A stretch of DNA of 64,000 nt from an uncultured Flavobacteriales bacterium (lineage in GTDB: Bacteria > Bacteroidota > Bacteroidia > Flavobacteriales_F > PHOS-HE28): the NCBI GenBank assembly GCA_963814325.1, contig CAWFCK010000017.1, positions 140,021-204,020 on the forward strand, written 5' to 3'. Under the pieces are notes generated by a model, which saw only the letters and a list, made by a program, of their open reading frames with translations, was not told the origin of the DNA and did no database searches. The position numbers and the translations under genes were made by a program. Shown in pieces: positions 48,735 through 58,393 of the stretch; position 1 is the stretch's first letter, and the number at the start of each line of letters is the position of its first letter.

Positions 48735-49145
48735 ATGGCCACACAGATCTTCATCAACATGCATGTGAACGACCTCGACCGGTCGAAGGCGTTCTTCGAG
48801 GCCATGGGATATCACTTCAACCCGCAGTTCACCGATGCGAATGCGGCCTGCCTGGTGATCGGCGATACCATCTTCGCCATGCTGCTGACCACGGAGAGCA
48901 TGAACCGCTTTTTGCCGAAGGGCAGGACGATCGCGGATCCCATGAAGACCACGGAGACGCTGCTGGCGCTGTCATGCGAAAGCAAGGGCGCTGTGGATGA
49001 GGTGTTCACCAAGGCGATCGCGGCAGGAGGCAGCGAGTGCCGCCCTACCGAGGACCATGGCTTCATGTACGGCCGAAGCTTCAGCGACCTCGACGGCCAT
49101 ATCTGGGAGGTGTTCTGGTACGATCCGGCGGCGATGAAACGCTGA
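48735..49145 (+). CDS. VOC (glyoxalase/bleomycin-resistance fold) family protein
   Basis: 136 aa. IFINMHVNDLDRSKAFFEAMGY...DHGFMYGRSFSDLDGHIWEVFW is typical of the VOC family. Confidence 0.8.
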   Translation: MATQIFINMHVNDLDRSKAFFEAMGYHFNPQFTDANAACLVIGDTIFAMLLTTESMNRFLPKGRTIADPMKTTETLLALSCESKGAVDEVFTKAIAAGGSECRPTEDHGFMYGRSFSDLDGHIWEVFWYDPAAMKR

Positions 49146-49215
49146 TCGCGGCACCGGAGGGCACCGATCGTGGGATCGTGCATAGCTTGCAACAGCCCAC
49201 GAGGGCCGCACGTCC

Positions 49216-49881
49216 ATGAAGGTCATCATCACGGGAGCCACGGGCATGGTGGGCAAGGGTGTATTGCTTGCCTGCCTGGGTGATGCGCGCGTGAGCCATG
49301 TGCTGACCTTGGGCCGGAGTGTGGTGGGCATGTCCCACCCGAAGCTCACGGAGTTGGTGCACGGCAACCTGCTGCAGATCGGCCCCATCGCCGATCAATT
49401 GTCCGGCTACGATGCCTGCTTCTTCTGCCTTGGTACCTCGTCCATGGGCGTGAGCAAGGAGGAGTACCGCCGGATCACGCATGACCTCACGGTGCATGTG
49501 GCCCAGGTGCTCCTTACCCGGAACCCGGGAATGACGTTCTGCTATGTCTCCGGTACGGGTACGGCATCGTCCGAAAAGAGCACAATGGACTGGGCGAACG
49601 TGAAGGGGAGGGTGGAGAACGAACTCTTGCGCATGGGCTTCAAGCGCGCGTTCATGTTCCGTCCGGCCATGGTCCTGCCGGAAGGCGGTGTTCGTTCGCG
49701 CACCGGTTGGGTCAATGCGCTGTATACCGTCCTGGGTCCGCTTTTCCGGGTGTTGAAGCCGATGTTCCCGGGTGGCATCACCACCACCACCATCCTCGGC
49801 CGGGCCATGGTGCGCGTAGCGTTGGCGGGGTTCGCGAGGCCGGTGCTGGAGGGGAAGGATATCTCGGCGGTTGGGCACTGA
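49216..49881 (+). CDS. NAD(P)H-binding (atypical SDR / NmrA-like) protein
   Basis: N-terminal Rossmann motif MKVIITGATGMVGKGVL; 221 aa. Confidence 0.75.
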   Translation: MKVIITGATGMVGKGVLLACLGDARVSHVLTLGRSVVGMSHPKLTELVHGNLLQIGPIADQLSGYDACFFCLGTSSMGVSKEEYRRITHDLTVHVAQVLLTRNPGMTFCYVSGTGTASSEKSTMDWANVKGRVENELLRMGFKRAFMFRPAMVLPEGGVRSRTGWVNALYTVLGPLFRVLKPMFPGGITTTTILGRAMVRVALAGFARPVLEGKDISAVGH

Positions 49882-49912
49882 TGGCCGACAGCCACATGCT
49901 AGGCGACTTGCT

Positions 49913-50215
49913 TCAGATGCGACCTCCTTTCTCCATCAATGGACGGCGGCTCACATGATAAATGTTGTACACCACTACCGTTGTACCATCCAGTTCGAAA
50001 ACGATGCGGTAGGGGAATTTGGGGATCGGGGCGTATCGGAAACCGTTCTCGCGCACTTGATAGCTGGCCGCAACGGAAATAAGGTGTTGTAGAGCGCCAA
50101 CGACGGCCTTGTCGAAGCGGATACCCAAGCCTTGCTTCTCCAGGTCGTAACGCAAGGATGCATCCTGCCACTCGTTCCAGGCTTCCTCGCGCAGTTCAAG
50201 CCTGCGCCGGGTCAT
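49913..50215 (-). CDS. RelE/ParE-family type II toxin
   Basis: 100 aa. ..RYAPIPKFPYRIVFELDGTTVVVYNIYHVSRRP fits the RelE/ParE C-terminal pattern. A small upstream partner gene is present. Confidence 0.75.
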   Translation of the reverse strand: MTRRRLELREEAWNEWQDASLRYDLEKQGLGIRFDKAVVGALQHLISVAASYQVRENGFRYAPIPKFPYRIVFELDGTTVVVYNIYHVSRRPLMEKGGRI

Positions 50216-50249
50216 TTGCGTTTCGACTTCACCATGCTCTTCACTTCCT

Positions 50250-50432
50250 TCAGTGAATAGCTGTTCCTTTGCCTTGTTTCCTGCGCTCGCGTCGTTCCTC
50301 CAACAGTGCGAGGTGTTCCTTGGTGAACGCGAATTCGTCCTTCTCCGTTTCCAAGGCTTTTCCTACACGCGCCAAGACCTTTTCATCGTTCGTGGCGATG
50401 ATCCGTTCGATAAGGTCGAGCTTCGTGAACAT
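50250..50432 (-). CDS. Putative antitoxin / addiction-module component (60 aa)
   Basis: ORF 50250-50477. ATG 50432 gives MFTKLDLIERIIATNDEKVLARVGKALETEKDEFAFTKEHLALLEERRERRKQGKG. It lies 34 bp upstream of the toxin start. Confidence 0.6.
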   Translation of the reverse strand: MFTKLDLIERIIATNDEKVLARVGKALETEKDEFAFTKEHLALLEERRERRKQGKGTAIH

Positions 50433-50473
50433 GGAAGCGAAGATAGAGGACGGTGGAGGCTCTACTCCCTCGC

Positions 50474-52930
50474 TCAAGCCCGCACCGCTGCCCCGTTGCC
50501 CGCAGGGATCTTCGCCTCCACCTCCGCGATCGCCTTGATCGTCTTCAGCAGGGAATCGGGCGTTACGCTGATGGAATCGATGCCGAGTTCCACCAGGAAC
50601 TGCGCGAAGTCCGGGAAGTCGCTGGGGCCTTGACCGCAGATGCCCACCTTGGTTCCGGTCTTCTTGGCCGAGGTGATGAGCATCTTGAGCATGGCCTTCA
50701 CGGCTGGGTTGCGCTCGTCGTACAAGTGCGCCACCAACGCGCTGTCGCGATCCAGGCCGAGCGTGAGCTGGGTGAGGTCGTTGCTGCCGATGGAGAAGCC
50801 ATCGATGTACTTCGCGAACTCCTCGGCGAGGATGATGTTGCTCGGGATCTCGGCCATCAGGTAGAGCTCCAGGCCTTCCTTGCCGCGCTCCAGTCCGTAC
50901 TCCTTCATCACGGCCTTCACCTTCAAAAGTTCCTCCACGGTGCGGCAGAAGGGCACCATCACCACCACGTTCTGCAGGCCCATCTTCTCACGCACGCGGC
51001 GGATGGCCTTGCATTCAAGTCCGAAGGCTTCCTTGTAGGCATCGCTGTAGTAGCGTGAGGCGCCACGCCAGCCGATCATCGGGTTCTCTTCGTGCGGTTC
51101 GAAGTGTTCGCCACCGAGCAGGTTCTTATACTCGTTGCTCTTGAAGTCGCTGAAGCGCACGATCACCTTGTTGGGGTAGAAGGCGCTCGCGATCTTGGCG
51201 ATGCCGTAGGAGAGGCGTTTCACGAAGAAGGTCTCTTCATCCTCGTAACCGTTGATGAGGTAGCTGATCTTGCCGCTGAGGGCCACGTCGCCCAGCTCCT
51301 TGTGTTGCAGCAGCGCCAGCGGATGGGCCTGGATGTAGTTGTTGATGATGAACTCCTCCCGCGCAAGGCCCACGCCGGCGTTGGGCAGTCCGGCGAACTT
51401 GAAGGCCATGTCCGGGGAGGCCACGTTCAGCATGATCGGGGTCTTCACCTTGGGCAGGTCGGTGAGCAGCGTCTCGTGCTTCTCGAAGGGGATCTTCCCG
51501 GCGTAGATGATGCCGGTGGCGCCTTCGCAGCAGCTGGCGGTCAGCACCATGCCGTTCTCCACATGGTCCGTTACATCACCACAGCCCACGATCGCCGGCA
51601 CACCCATTTCACGCGCCACGATGGCGGCATGGCAGGTGCGGCCTCCCTTGTTGGTGATGATGGCCGCGGCCTTCTTCATGATCGGCTCCCAGTCGGGATC
51701 GGTCATCTCGGTAACGAGGATGTCGCCTTCCTTGAAATCCTTGCCGTCCGTGCTGCCATCGCGCCCGTCGAGGGCGTACATGATGCGCACGGTGCCTGTG
51801 CCGATGCGGTCGCCAATGGCGATGCCATGCGCAACGACCTTCTCCTTGCCCGTCTTGTTGATGCGGTATTCCACCACGCGGTCGCTGTCCAGTCGGCTGT
51901 GGATGGTCTCGGGCCTGGCCTGAACGATGAAGAGCTGCTTGCTCAGTCCGTCCACGGCCCATTCCACGTCCATCGGGCACCAGTATCCTTTGAGCTCGCT
52001 GTAGTATTTCTCGATGGCCACCACGTTGCGGCTGATCTCCAGTACCTGGTCGTCGGTAATGCTGAAGCGATGGCGCATGGGGCGTTCCACCGGCACGATG
52101 CTCACCGGTTTGTTGGGGTCCACACCGTAGATCATCTTCCGGTCCTTGTGGCCGAGCTTCTTCTCGATGATGGCGCTGAAGCCTTGCGCCAGCGTGGGTT
52201 TGAACACACTGAACTCATCGGGGCTCACACTGCCCTGCACCACCATCTCGCCCAGGCCATAGCTGGCGTTGATGAGCACGATGTCCTTGAAGCCGCTCTC
52301 GGTGTCCAGGGAAAAGGCCACGCCACTGGAGCCGAGGTCGGAGCGCACCATCTTCTGCACGCCGACACTGAGGCCCACCATGAAGTGGTCGTAGCCGAGG
52401 CTCTGGCGATACACGATGGCGCGGTCGGTGAAAAGCGAGGCGAAGCAGTTGCGGATGGCCACCATCAGGTCCTGCGGACCGCGGATGTTGAGGTACGTTT
52501 CCTGCTGTCCTGCGAAGGAGGCATCGGGCAGGTCCTCGGCGGTGGCGGAGGAGCGCACGGCCACGTCGGTGGCCTCCTGGCCGTATTGCTGGCTCATCTC
52601 GGCATAGCGCGCGATGATGTCCTTTTCGATCTCCGGCGGGAAGGTGCCGTTCTTCACGAGCGTGCGCACGGCCAGGCCGGTGCGGCGGATGCTCTCCAGG
52701 TCGTCGTGGTCCAGTTTCGCCACGATATCGCGGATCTTCTGGTCCAACACGTTGTGGGCGATGAAGGCCTCGTAGCTGGCAACGGTCACCACGAATCCAC
52801 CGGGCACCTTCACCCCGAGCTTGCCCAGGTTCTGGATCATTTCGCCCAGGCTGGCGTTCTTGCCGCCCACGGTGGGCAGATCGGAGAGCTGCACTTCATG
52901 CAGCCACTTCAGGTAAGGTGCGTTGGTCAT
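50474..52930 (-). CDS. ppsA: Phosphoenolpyruvate synthase (pyruvate, water dikinase)
   Basis: 818 aa. N-terminus LPTVGGKNASLGEM, phospho-His swivel GGRTCHAAIVAREMGVPAIVG, and a C-terminal PEP-utilising TIM barrel (FSIGSNDLTQLTLG). Confidence 0.95.
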   Translation of the reverse strand: MTNAPYLKWLHEVQLSDLPTVGGKNASLGEMIQNLGKLGVKVPGGFVVTVASYEAFIAHNVLDQKIRDIVAKLDHDDLESIRRTGLAVRTLVKNGTFPPEIEKDIIARYAEMSQQYGQEATDVAVRSSATAEDLPDASFAGQQETYLNIRGPQDLMVAIRNCFASLFTDRAIVYRQSLGYDHFMVGLSVGVQKMVRSDLGSSGVAFSLDTESGFKDIVLINASYGLGEMVVQGSVSPDEFSVFKPTLAQGFSAIIEKKLGHKDRKMIYGVDPNKPVSIVPVERPMRHRFSITDDQVLEISRNVVAIEKYYSELKGYWCPMDVEWAVDGLSKQLFIVQARPETIHSRLDSDRVVEYRINKTGKEKVVAHGIAIGDRIGTGTVRIMYALDGRDGSTDGKDFKEGDILVTEMTDPDWEPIMKKAAAIITNKGGRTCHAAIVAREMGVPAIVGCGDVTDHVENGMVLTASCCEGATGIIYAGKIPFEKHETLLTDLPKVKTPIMLNVASPDMAFKFAGLPNAGVGLAREEFIINNYIQAHPLALLQHKELGDVALSGKISYLINGYEDEETFFVKRLSYGIAKIASAFYPNKVIVRFSDFKSNEYKNLLGGEHFEPHEENPMIGWRGASRYYSDAYKEAFGLECKAIRRVREKMGLQNVVVMVPFCRTVEELLKVKAVMKEYGLERGKEGLELYLMAEIPSNIILAEEFAKYIDGFSIGSNDLTQLTLGLDRDSALVAHLYDERNPAVKAMLKMLITSAKKTGTKVGICGQGPSDFPDFAQFLVELGIDSISVTPDSLLKTIKAIAEVEAKIPAGNGAAVRA

Positions 52931-53097
52931 TCGTTCGTGTTAGGGCGGTCCTCGGACGGGGCGTTCTACGATGGAAGTGGTCGAAAGTTATGTCCCGCTG
53001 AACGGGTTCCATGAAGGCCGCGCGGGGCAAGGGAGACAGAGGTTGAACGACGGCCGCAGCGGCCCTTAGTTCAGGGCTTCGGATGTGACCGATCGCT

Positions 53098-54201
53098 TCA
53101 GCGCACCCAGACACGACCGGTTGTGACGCGATCACCCTGAAGGATACGAATGATCACCGTTCCGGAGATGCCGGGGTCGACCGCCATGCTGCAGAACGTG
53201 CCATTGGGCCGGGCTGTTGAGCGTTGCAATAGTCGCCCTGTCGTATCGAAGGCCTCCAACGCGATCATGCCACCATCGGGCGAAAGCCCTCGAATGTAGA
53301 TCACCTGGTCGATCGCGTTGAGCCATGAACAAGGAGTGGACGAGCCGGACCCATCAATGCCCGTTGACAGTTCGTTGCAGCTGATGGCCCCTTCGGGCAG
53401 GAATACCGCCGAATCGAAATTGGCATCGTTCACATCGGCAATGGCGAGCTTCAAATGGTAGCTCGACCCAGGCACGACCACAGCCCTCGCGGTAAGTACG
53501 ACGGTGTAACCGTCCAACTGTGTACCCAGCCCGAAGTCGTTGTTGAGGTAATAGATCGTGTCCTGTTGCCATGTAGGGTTGATGAAGCAGAGGCCCATGC
53601 TACCTTCCGAGCCCGATACCCCCCTGTTCACGGTATTGACCGTGACCGGCAGACCACTGATCGGCAGCGTGGCCATGTTGATCGCCCCATTGGAGAACGG
53701 GCCGGTGATGCCCGGCCCGCTGAGGAACATGCCCAGACGATCATCCTTGTCGCTGCAGGTGTACTCATCATACTCTTCTGAACCGAAGACATACCGGATG
53801 AGCAGGGTATCACCCGCGGGCACCAGGTCCAGTTGCACGATCGCTGGGTCCCCGATGACATTTGCATAGATGGCGCTCATGGTGGACAGGTCGGCATCTG
53901 AATTGAACGCTCCACCACCGAGCGTCATGTTCGGGATGTTGTTGGGGCCGATGACACCGTAGCATACACCGGTTGAAATGACCAATCCGCTATCCAGTCC
54001 GATGCTGGCCGTACTGTCGCTGAAATAGCCGACCTGCAGGGGATCGATCACCTGGCTGATCACGTTCGTGATGGTCACGTTCGGGCCGTTGAGATGATCG
54101 GTGAAGGCCATGGGAATATTGCCAGCCGGCCATGCGTTCACTTGTGCCAGGAGATGCAACAGTGACATGCATGCGAGTATGGAGAGGCTGCTGCGTTTCA
54201 T
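53098..54201 (-). CDS. Choice-of-anchor-L-type secreted protein with a T9SS C-terminal sorting domain
   Basis: ORF 53098-54285. ATG 54201 gives the signal peptide MKRSSLSILACMSLLHLLAQ. Blocks GVISTG-like LVISTGV, YVFGSEEYDEYTCSDKDDRLGMFLSGPGI and IADVNDANFDSAVFL are present, with a beta-sandwich tail ..TVIIRILQGDRVTTGRVWVR. Confidence 0.78.
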   Translation of the reverse strand: MKRSSLSILACMSLLHLLAQVNAWPAGNIPMAFTDHLNGPNVTITNVISQVIDPLQVGYFSDSTASIGLDSGLVISTGVCYGVIGPNNIPNMTLGGGAFNSDADLSTMSAIYANVIGDPAIVQLDLVPAGDTLLIRYVFGSEEYDEYTCSDKDDRLGMFLSGPGITGPFSNGAINMATLPISGLPVTVNTVNRGVSGSEGSMGLCFINPTWQQDTIYYLNNDFGLGTQLDGYTVVLTARAVVVPGSSYHLKLAIADVNDANFDSAVFLPEGAISCNELSTGIDGSGSSTPCSWLNAIDQVIYIRGLSPDGGMIALEAFDTTGRLLQRSTARPNGTFCSMAVDPGISGTVIIRILQGDRVTTGRVWVR

Positions 54202-54386
54202 GTTGCGAAGCTGGTTACGCTGGACATGACGGGCCGATGGCGGTCCGCGTTGCACACGGGGGGGTGAAAGCACATAGTGGTCCATCCGCAGTCCACGTTC
54301 TTCACGTGTTACGGCTTACAACTGATGCGGTCAGGTCGTCGGCATGCATCGCATTGCAGGTAGCTTGCGCGAAATATCCAGATCAC

Positions 54387-54599
54387 ATGTCGACGAAGAA
54401 AGCGACCCGCCGCCAAGGCAAGAGCAGCACCGGTAAAGTGGTGGCCAAGACCAGCAACACCCGTGCGAAGCGCAAAGCCGCCACGGCCAAGAAGACCGCC
54501 GCCGCAGCTGCAAGCGTTGCCGCCGTGAAGAAGGCTGCGGCCCAGAAGGCCACAGCGGCCGTGAAGAAGGCCCCGAAGAAGGCGGCCGCCAAGAAGTAA
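54387..54599 (+). CDS. Histone H1-like Lys/Ala-rich nucleoid protein (70 aa)
   Basis: ATG 54387 gives MSTKKATRRQGKSSTGKVVAKTSNTRAKRKAATAKKTAAAAASVAAVKKAAAQKATAAVKKAPKKAAAKK. A terminator hairpin follows. Confidence 0.75.
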   Translation: MSTKKATRRQGKSSTGKVVAKTSNTRAKRKAATAKKTAAAAASVAAVKKAAAQKATAAVKKAPKKAAAKK

Positions 54600-54618
54600 G
54601 CTCCGACGATCCATTGCG

Positions 54619-54645
54619 CAGGCCGGGAGCATCGTTCCCGGCCTG
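54619..54645 (+). terminator. Hairpin terminator after the H1-like gene
   Basis: 10-bp perfect stem CAGGCCGGGA (54619-54628) / TCCCGGCCTG (54636-54645) with a 7-nt loop, followed by TTACCTT. Confidence 0.6.
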
Positions 54646-54658
54646 TTACCTTGTGGCC

Positions 54659-55738
54659 ATGAGGTGCATCGTGCTGCTGTTCATCCTTGCTTTTTCCATT
54701 GGACGATCTTCGGCCCAGGCGCCTGCGCTCATCGGTTATTACGCCGGCGATGGCGCCGATCTGTACGGTCGTGAAATAGGCCAGCTAACGCACCTGATCT
54801 GGTGCTTCAACACCTTGCAAGGTGACAGCCTGGCGCCCATGAGCAAGGCGCAGGACAAGGTGCTGCGCAAGATGGTCGGCTTCAAGCGTGAACACCCAGA
54901 GCTGAAGGTCATGGTCTCCCTCGGGGGGTGGGGCGGATGTGAGACCTGTTCCGAGGTGTTCAGCAGAGCAGAAGGACGGCGGAAGGTCGCAGCTTCCATC
55001 CTGGCCCTGTTGAAGCGCACCTGGACCGATGGCATCGACCTGGATTGGGAGTATCCTGCTGTGCAAGGTCCGCCCGGCCATGCCTTCAAGCCGGAGGACC
55101 GTCACAACTTCACGCTGCTGGTGCGCGAACTGCGCAGGCAAATCGGCGATCGCTATGAGATCAGCTTCGCCGCAGGTGGAACGGATGAATGTCTGGTGAG
55201 GGGCTTCGAATGGGACAGCATCATGCCCGTGGTGGACCGCGTACACATCATGAGCTACGATCTGGTGCATGGGTACAGCCCGCGCACCGGCCACCACACC
55301 TCGCTATTTCCCGTCAAGGGGCAACGAATGTCCGCCGCTCGTGCTGTGCACGTGCTCGACTCGCTAAAGGTGCCCCGCAACAAGGTGGTGATCGGCGCGG
55401 CCACCTACGATCGCATCTTCAAGGACGTGCCACCTGCGAATAATGGCCTCTTCCAACCGGGCACCTTCGAACGGGCCATCTCCTTCAGCGCCATCGACAC
55501 CACCATCACCGAAGCGAACGGCTGGCTATGGTTCCGGGATGAAGGTGCTGGAGCCGCCTATGCCTACAACAAGGCCAAGCGCCGTTTCCTCACCGGTGAT
55601 GATGTCCGGAGCGTCCAGGCCAAGGCCCGGTATGTGCGCGAACAAGGCCTGGGCGGCATCATGTTCTGGCAGCTGCGCGACGATAAGCAGAAGGGCGGCA
55701 TGCTGGACGCGATGTACCGTGCTTTGCGCCTTCCCTGA
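54659..55738 (+). CDS. Glycoside hydrolase family 18 (chitinase-like) protein
   Basis: ORF 54614-55738. ATG 54659 gives the signal peptide MRCIVLLFILAFSIGRSSAQA. The catalytic motif is DGIDLDWEYP; also MVSLGGWGG and GGIMFWQLRDD. Confidence 0.88.
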   Translation: MRCIVLLFILAFSIGRSSAQAPALIGYYAGDGADLYGREIGQLTHLIWCFNTLQGDSLAPMSKAQDKVLRKMVGFKREHPELKVMVSLGGWGGCETCSEVFSRAEGRRKVAASILALLKRTWTDGIDLDWEYPAVQGPPGHAFKPEDRHNFTLLVRELRRQIGDRYEISFAAGGTDECLVRGFEWDSIMPVVDRVHIMSYDLVHGYSPRTGHHTSLFPVKGQRMSAARAVHVLDSLKVPRNKVVIGAATYDRIFKDVPPANNGLFQPGTFERAISFSAIDTTITEANGWLWFRDEGAGAAYAYNKAKRRFLTGDDVRSVQAKARYVREQGLGGIMFWQLRDDKQKGGMLDAMYRALRLP

Positions 55739-55818
55739 CGATCAGGAACATCCTTGATCATGATCTTTAAGGTCGGGCGCGGAATGATCCTATATCCAGT
55801 GGGTTATGGATCCGTGCT

Positions 55819-58251
55819 TCAGCGTTGGATGATGAAATGCGCCGCGCCGAGGCACCTGCCTTGTGCATCGCGCATCGCCAGGGCGTAGGACCCGGCATCC
55901 AAGGCCGAAACGTCCAGCTTGCGATCACCAGAGCCGTCGCCCACAGCGGTGCGCATGGCCAGCCGGCCATCAGCAGCGAACACATCGAACTGCACCGACC
56001 CGATCCCCTTGGCCGAACCGCGTACGCTGAGCACATCGCTCACCGGATTGGGCATCACCGCCAGCAGCGGCTGCGATGCGGTCGCCTCGTCGAGCCCGAT
56101 GAACGCATTGCCATTGGCGAAGGCATACTGTCCCTTGCGCAACACATCCACGGTGAAATAGCCGCTGCCGTTGGTGGTGTTGCCGGCCACCAGCGTATAG
56201 TCCGGGGCTAGCTCCCAAGGGTCGGTGCCGTTGGCGCGGTAAACCAGCATGGCATTCCCTTCGCTGATGTTGTACAGGTCGAAGTCAAATTTGTCTTCGT
56301 CGGTACCGTTGTAGTTCAAGCGCGCATGCAGGGCCGTGCCTTCGGGCCAGATGCCATCCACGGTCCAATAGTGTGTGGAGCTGATCTGGTTCACCCCCCA
56401 ACCCACGTTGTCGGCATCTGGCGCGGCCCAGATGTGTTCGATGCGCACCAGCGTACTGTCAACAAGGCTGTCCGCATACAAGCGGAATTCGGTGCGCGGC
56501 TGAAGCGATGGAAAGGCGACGCCGGGCACGGCCACGCGTTCATGGTCCATACGCGCCTGGTTCAACCGGTTGTATCTGTTCACCACAGCCATCACCGGTT
56601 CGAAATCGCAGGTCAGTGACAGGTCCGTGAATTCGCCACCGGCGGTCACGTGATATTCCTGCCGCTGCCGGTCGGCTCCAATGAAGGTGATATCCAGCGG
56701 CACGGCGTCATGAAAGGCGGGCGCTGAACGCAGGCGTTGGCGTAGTTGCAGATCCACGTTCCACTGGCCGCCGCTGGCTGCGCTCGCCAGGCTATTGAGC
56801 ACGAAGACAGAAAATCCGGGAGCGAACACCTGCGCATCGAAGAAGGGCTGCATGTTCAGCCCTGTGGCATTGGCCAGCACAGTCAGGAAGCCGGGCGAGT
56901 CCAAGGTGGTGTCCGCGTTCTCTACCTGTATCTGACGCAGGGCCTGGCGGAAGAGCGTGTCGCCCAGGTAGCCACGCAGGTTGTGCATGACCGAGGCGCC
57001 TTTGTAGTAGCTGTGCGTTCCGTAGATGTGTTCATCGGGCAGCGGCGACAACGCCAGGAAGCCCCCATCGTCCAGATGCGCGTTGGTCAACACGTCCAGG
57101 TGGTTGTCCTTCACCACATCCACGAAGGCCTCATCTCCAAAGGCCCATTCCTCCAATAGGTGGCCGCTGTATTCCGCTGGACCCTCCTTCAACCACATGT
57201 CGTTGTGCGTGCGGGGTGTCACCTTATTGCCCCACCAGTGGTGGGCCAGCTCATGTGCGAATAGGCCGCGATTCTCCATCAGCGACTCGTTGTTCATGAA
57301 CTCCGGATAGGCCACGTTCGTGGCGATCTCCATGGCGCCGTCGGTCGTGTGAACGTATCCCACGTGTGAGTATGGGTAAGGGCCGTACCAATACTCGCAC
57401 GCATCGATGGCCTCACCGATGCTGGCGAAGCGGGCCACCATGGTGTTGAGGTTCGCCGGTTTGGCGGTGAGTTTTACGGAAATGTTCCCAAAGGCTCCGC
57501 TGTGCACGAACACAGAGTCGCGGTAGTCGGCCACGGCAATGGCCGCGATGTGCGTGGTGATCGCCGGCGCCAGGTCGAATGAGCGGATCACGGTGTCGCC
57601 GCCCAACTGCACCTCCCCGAGGAACTCGCCCTGGCAATGCGCGCGGAAGGTGCCGGCGCTCTTCACATGGTAGGTGTAGCTCGCCCGCTCCACAAAGCTG
57701 TCGAAGCAGGGATACCAGACCTTGCCGAAGTAGGGGGGAATGGTGGTGAGCCCGATCCCGAGGCTATATATGTAGTCCGCCTCAAAGTAGAAACCGCCCC
57801 ACTGCGGGTCGCGCGCGGGCTGGCCATGGTAATGAACAGTGAGGGCATAGGTCTGTCCCACCACGGCCTCGGGGAGTTGCACCGCCAGGATCGCATTCCC
57901 ATGGGTGAATGGCAGGGCGCTGCCATCGGCCACCACTGAATCCACCATAAGCGCGTCCACCAGGTCGAACCGGATCGTGGTGTTGGAGATACGCGGGGTG
58001 AATTGAATGGTGGTGGCCGCGGTGATGGATGCGCCAGAATAGTCGGTGACATCCACGGCGATATCGTAATGCAGGATATCGAAGGTGTCGCTGCGGGCGA
58101 TCAGCTCATCCAAGGCATCGCGTTCGGCGTGGGTAAGGGCCTGGGGCGGGGTGGGATGGCCGTTGCGGAAGTAGTGACAGCCGTATTTGTAGGGCTGGGC
58201 GATCGCGCTGCATAAAAAAAGCAGGGCCGCCGTGGAGAACAGGGAACGCAT
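55819..58251 (-). CDS. M1-family zinc aminopeptidase with a T9SS C-terminal sorting domain
   Basis: 810 aa with signal peptide MRSLFSTAALLFLCSAIAQ. Contains a GAMEN-like TDGAMEI, HELAHHWWGN ... WLKEGPAEY, and the tail LLAVMPNPVSDVLSVRGS..GSYALAMRDAQGR..HFIIQR. Confidence 0.9.
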   Translation of the reverse strand: MRSLFSTAALLFLCSAIAQPYKYGCHYFRNGHPTPPQALTHAERDALDELIARSDTFDILHYDIAVDVTDYSGASITAATTIQFTPRISNTTIRFDLVDALMVDSVVADGSALPFTHGNAILAVQLPEAVVGQTYALTVHYHGQPARDPQWGGFYFEADYIYSLGIGLTTIPPYFGKVWYPCFDSFVERASYTYHVKSAGTFRAHCQGEFLGEVQLGGDTVIRSFDLAPAITTHIAAIAVADYRDSVFVHSGAFGNISVKLTAKPANLNTMVARFASIGEAIDACEYWYGPYPYSHVGYVHTTDGAMEIATNVAYPEFMNNESLMENRGLFAHELAHHWWGNKVTPRTHNDMWLKEGPAEYSGHLLEEWAFGDEAFVDVVKDNHLDVLTNAHLDDGGFLALSPLPDEHIYGTHSYYKGASVMHNLRGYLGDTLFRQALRQIQVENADTTLDSPGFLTVLANATGLNMQPFFDAQVFAPGFSVFVLNSLASAASGGQWNVDLQLRQRLRSAPAFHDAVPLDITFIGADRQRQEYHVTAGGEFTDLSLTCDFEPVMAVVNRYNRLNQARMDHERVAVPGVAFPSLQPRTEFRLYADSLVDSTLVRIEHIWAAPDADNVGWGVNQISSTHYWTVDGIWPEGTALHARLNYNGTDEDKFDFDLYNISEGNAMLVYRANGTDPWELAPDYTLVAGNTTNGSGYFTVDVLRKGQYAFANGNAFIGLDEATASQPLLAVMPNPVSDVLSVRGSAKGIGSVQFDVFAADGRLAMRTAVGDGSGDRKLDVSALDAGSYALAMRDAQGRCLGAAHFIIQR

Positions 58252-58393
58252 GAGGGTGAAGGAGTTGCGACCAAGCTAAGGCCTCAAGCTGGTTGGTTCA
58301 TCCCGCCAAAGTGCCGTTTGGTCCTTATCAACAACGTGACGGGAGAACTTAATGCCGTCTGAAGCGTTCAAAGGGTCACTTTTGCCGCCCCAA

